The notes under the pieces are model-generated. The model was not told where the DNA came from, made no database searches, and saw only the letters and a program-made list of their open reading frames with translations. Below, piece after piece: positions 34,886 through 35,771 of a stretch of 35,771 bases of DNA. The translations under genes were made by a program, and so were the position numbers. Origin of the DNA: Neodothiora populina (lineage: Eukaryota); NCBI RefSeq assembly GCF_041146345.1, contig NW_027191419.1, positions 868,001 through 903,771 of the forward strand, read 5' to 3'. Position 1 is the first letter of the stretch. The number at the start of each line of letters is the position of its first letter.

Positions 34886-35657
34886 AGATATTCAAGCGAC
34901 GGACTAATGACAGCTGCTTGCGAGTCCTTGCTAATCCTATCATCGCTGGCGAGATAGACATTCATGATTTTTGGTGACATATAGTCTCACCTGTATTTCA
35001 AGTAATTTATGGCATTACGCGAATCTTGGCCTCCTGAAGTGGTTTGCTCTGGTTATGGTGATACTGTGTATGCTTTTCAATGACCGAATGTCGTTAGTAG
35101 TGCCTCCGGGGTCTCGAGTGATCCTTTGTACTATCATTGATGCCATTTACGATCGGCCCTGCCTCATATTGGCGACTGCACACATGATACCCAGCGCTGA
35201 TGTGACGGATGTGTCTCAGTAGCACATTGAGCAACTTAGATTCGGTCGGGCCAAGTTTGGTGGGTCTGAACGATCATCAGATATACAAGATCTGCGCAAA
35301 AATTACTCAAGAGCAGCCCGTCTCGTTAGTTCACAAGAGAGTACGGGATATGTGATAAGATTCATGATTCAACATAGTGGGAAAAGCGCCTGACACTACG
35401 AGATATACACTATTTCTCGTGCGAGGCAAAAGGTAACTTTGCTTGGACGATGTATAGCTGGAGCGAGCACATAGTCAAGTGATCCGGTGCTACGAGTGAA
35501 AATACAAGATATCCACAGGTCTGCTAGTACTGGACTGCATAGTTCTAGGCGTGCGAAAATTGTCCTTAAGAATGGATTTCCCTGGCTGGCGTGCTAGGTG
35601 GGGGCCGATAGACTTTGATCCTTTAGCTTCGCGATATCAAAACCTATCCAAAATCAT

Positions 35658-35760
35658 TAATTACCATCAGGGCTGATGGTAATATTCACTGTTAGTGACC
35701 AGAAATACTTAGGGATTGAGCCCGCGCGTATTTCTCATACTGGGGGGCTGATGGTAATTA
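35658..35760. repeat. Cluster of inverted and direct repeats of CTGATGGTAAT
   Basis: Palindrome ATTACCATCAG-GG-CTGATGGTAAT at 35660-35683; GGGCTGATGGTAAT at 35670-35683 and 35745-35758; TAATTACCATCAG (35658-35670) is the exact reverse complement of 35748-35760; inner IR AGAAATAC/GTATTTCT at 35701-35708 and 35728-35735. Confidence 0.75.
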
Positions 35761-35771
35761 TTTTCGACCCC

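Noticed and set aside
1..35771. Prokaryotic features (operons, CRISPR arrays) and RNA genes
   Set aside because: Intron structure and gene families are fungal; no regularly spaced repeats, tRNA-like or rRNA-like sequence were recognised by eye.

Overview
Eukaryotic DNA from a filamentous ascomycete (short spliceosomal introns with CTRAC/CTAAT branch sites, Zn2Cys6 factor, Pth11-like protein). Gene models were spliced by hand; family calls come from motif recognition, not database searches. Left: a divergent pair of acyltransferase-3 (AT3)-like membrane proteins, one fused via a GC-AG intron to a signal-peptide-bearing GH16-like domain lacking the catalytic glutamates; the two AT3 domains have complementary losses of the R-x10-H motif (best candidate for an undescribed system). 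Then a bacterial-looking cupin with one intron, a Ser/Arg-rich hypothetical gene, a Zn2Cys6 factor whose tail is frameshifted by a 14-bp tandem duplication, a GH3 pseudogene, a secreted repeat protein (TTYCP and CNPAH repeats), a 10-exon sugar porter with a 9-nt microexon and an XlnR/CreA-motif-rich promoter, a three-gene decayed cassette (MFS, transcription factor, FAD monooxygenase), a Tri101-like acyltransferase divergent from a Pth11-like gene, and a small inverted-repeat cluster at the right edge. No RNA genes, CRISPR arrays or intact transposons were recognised.
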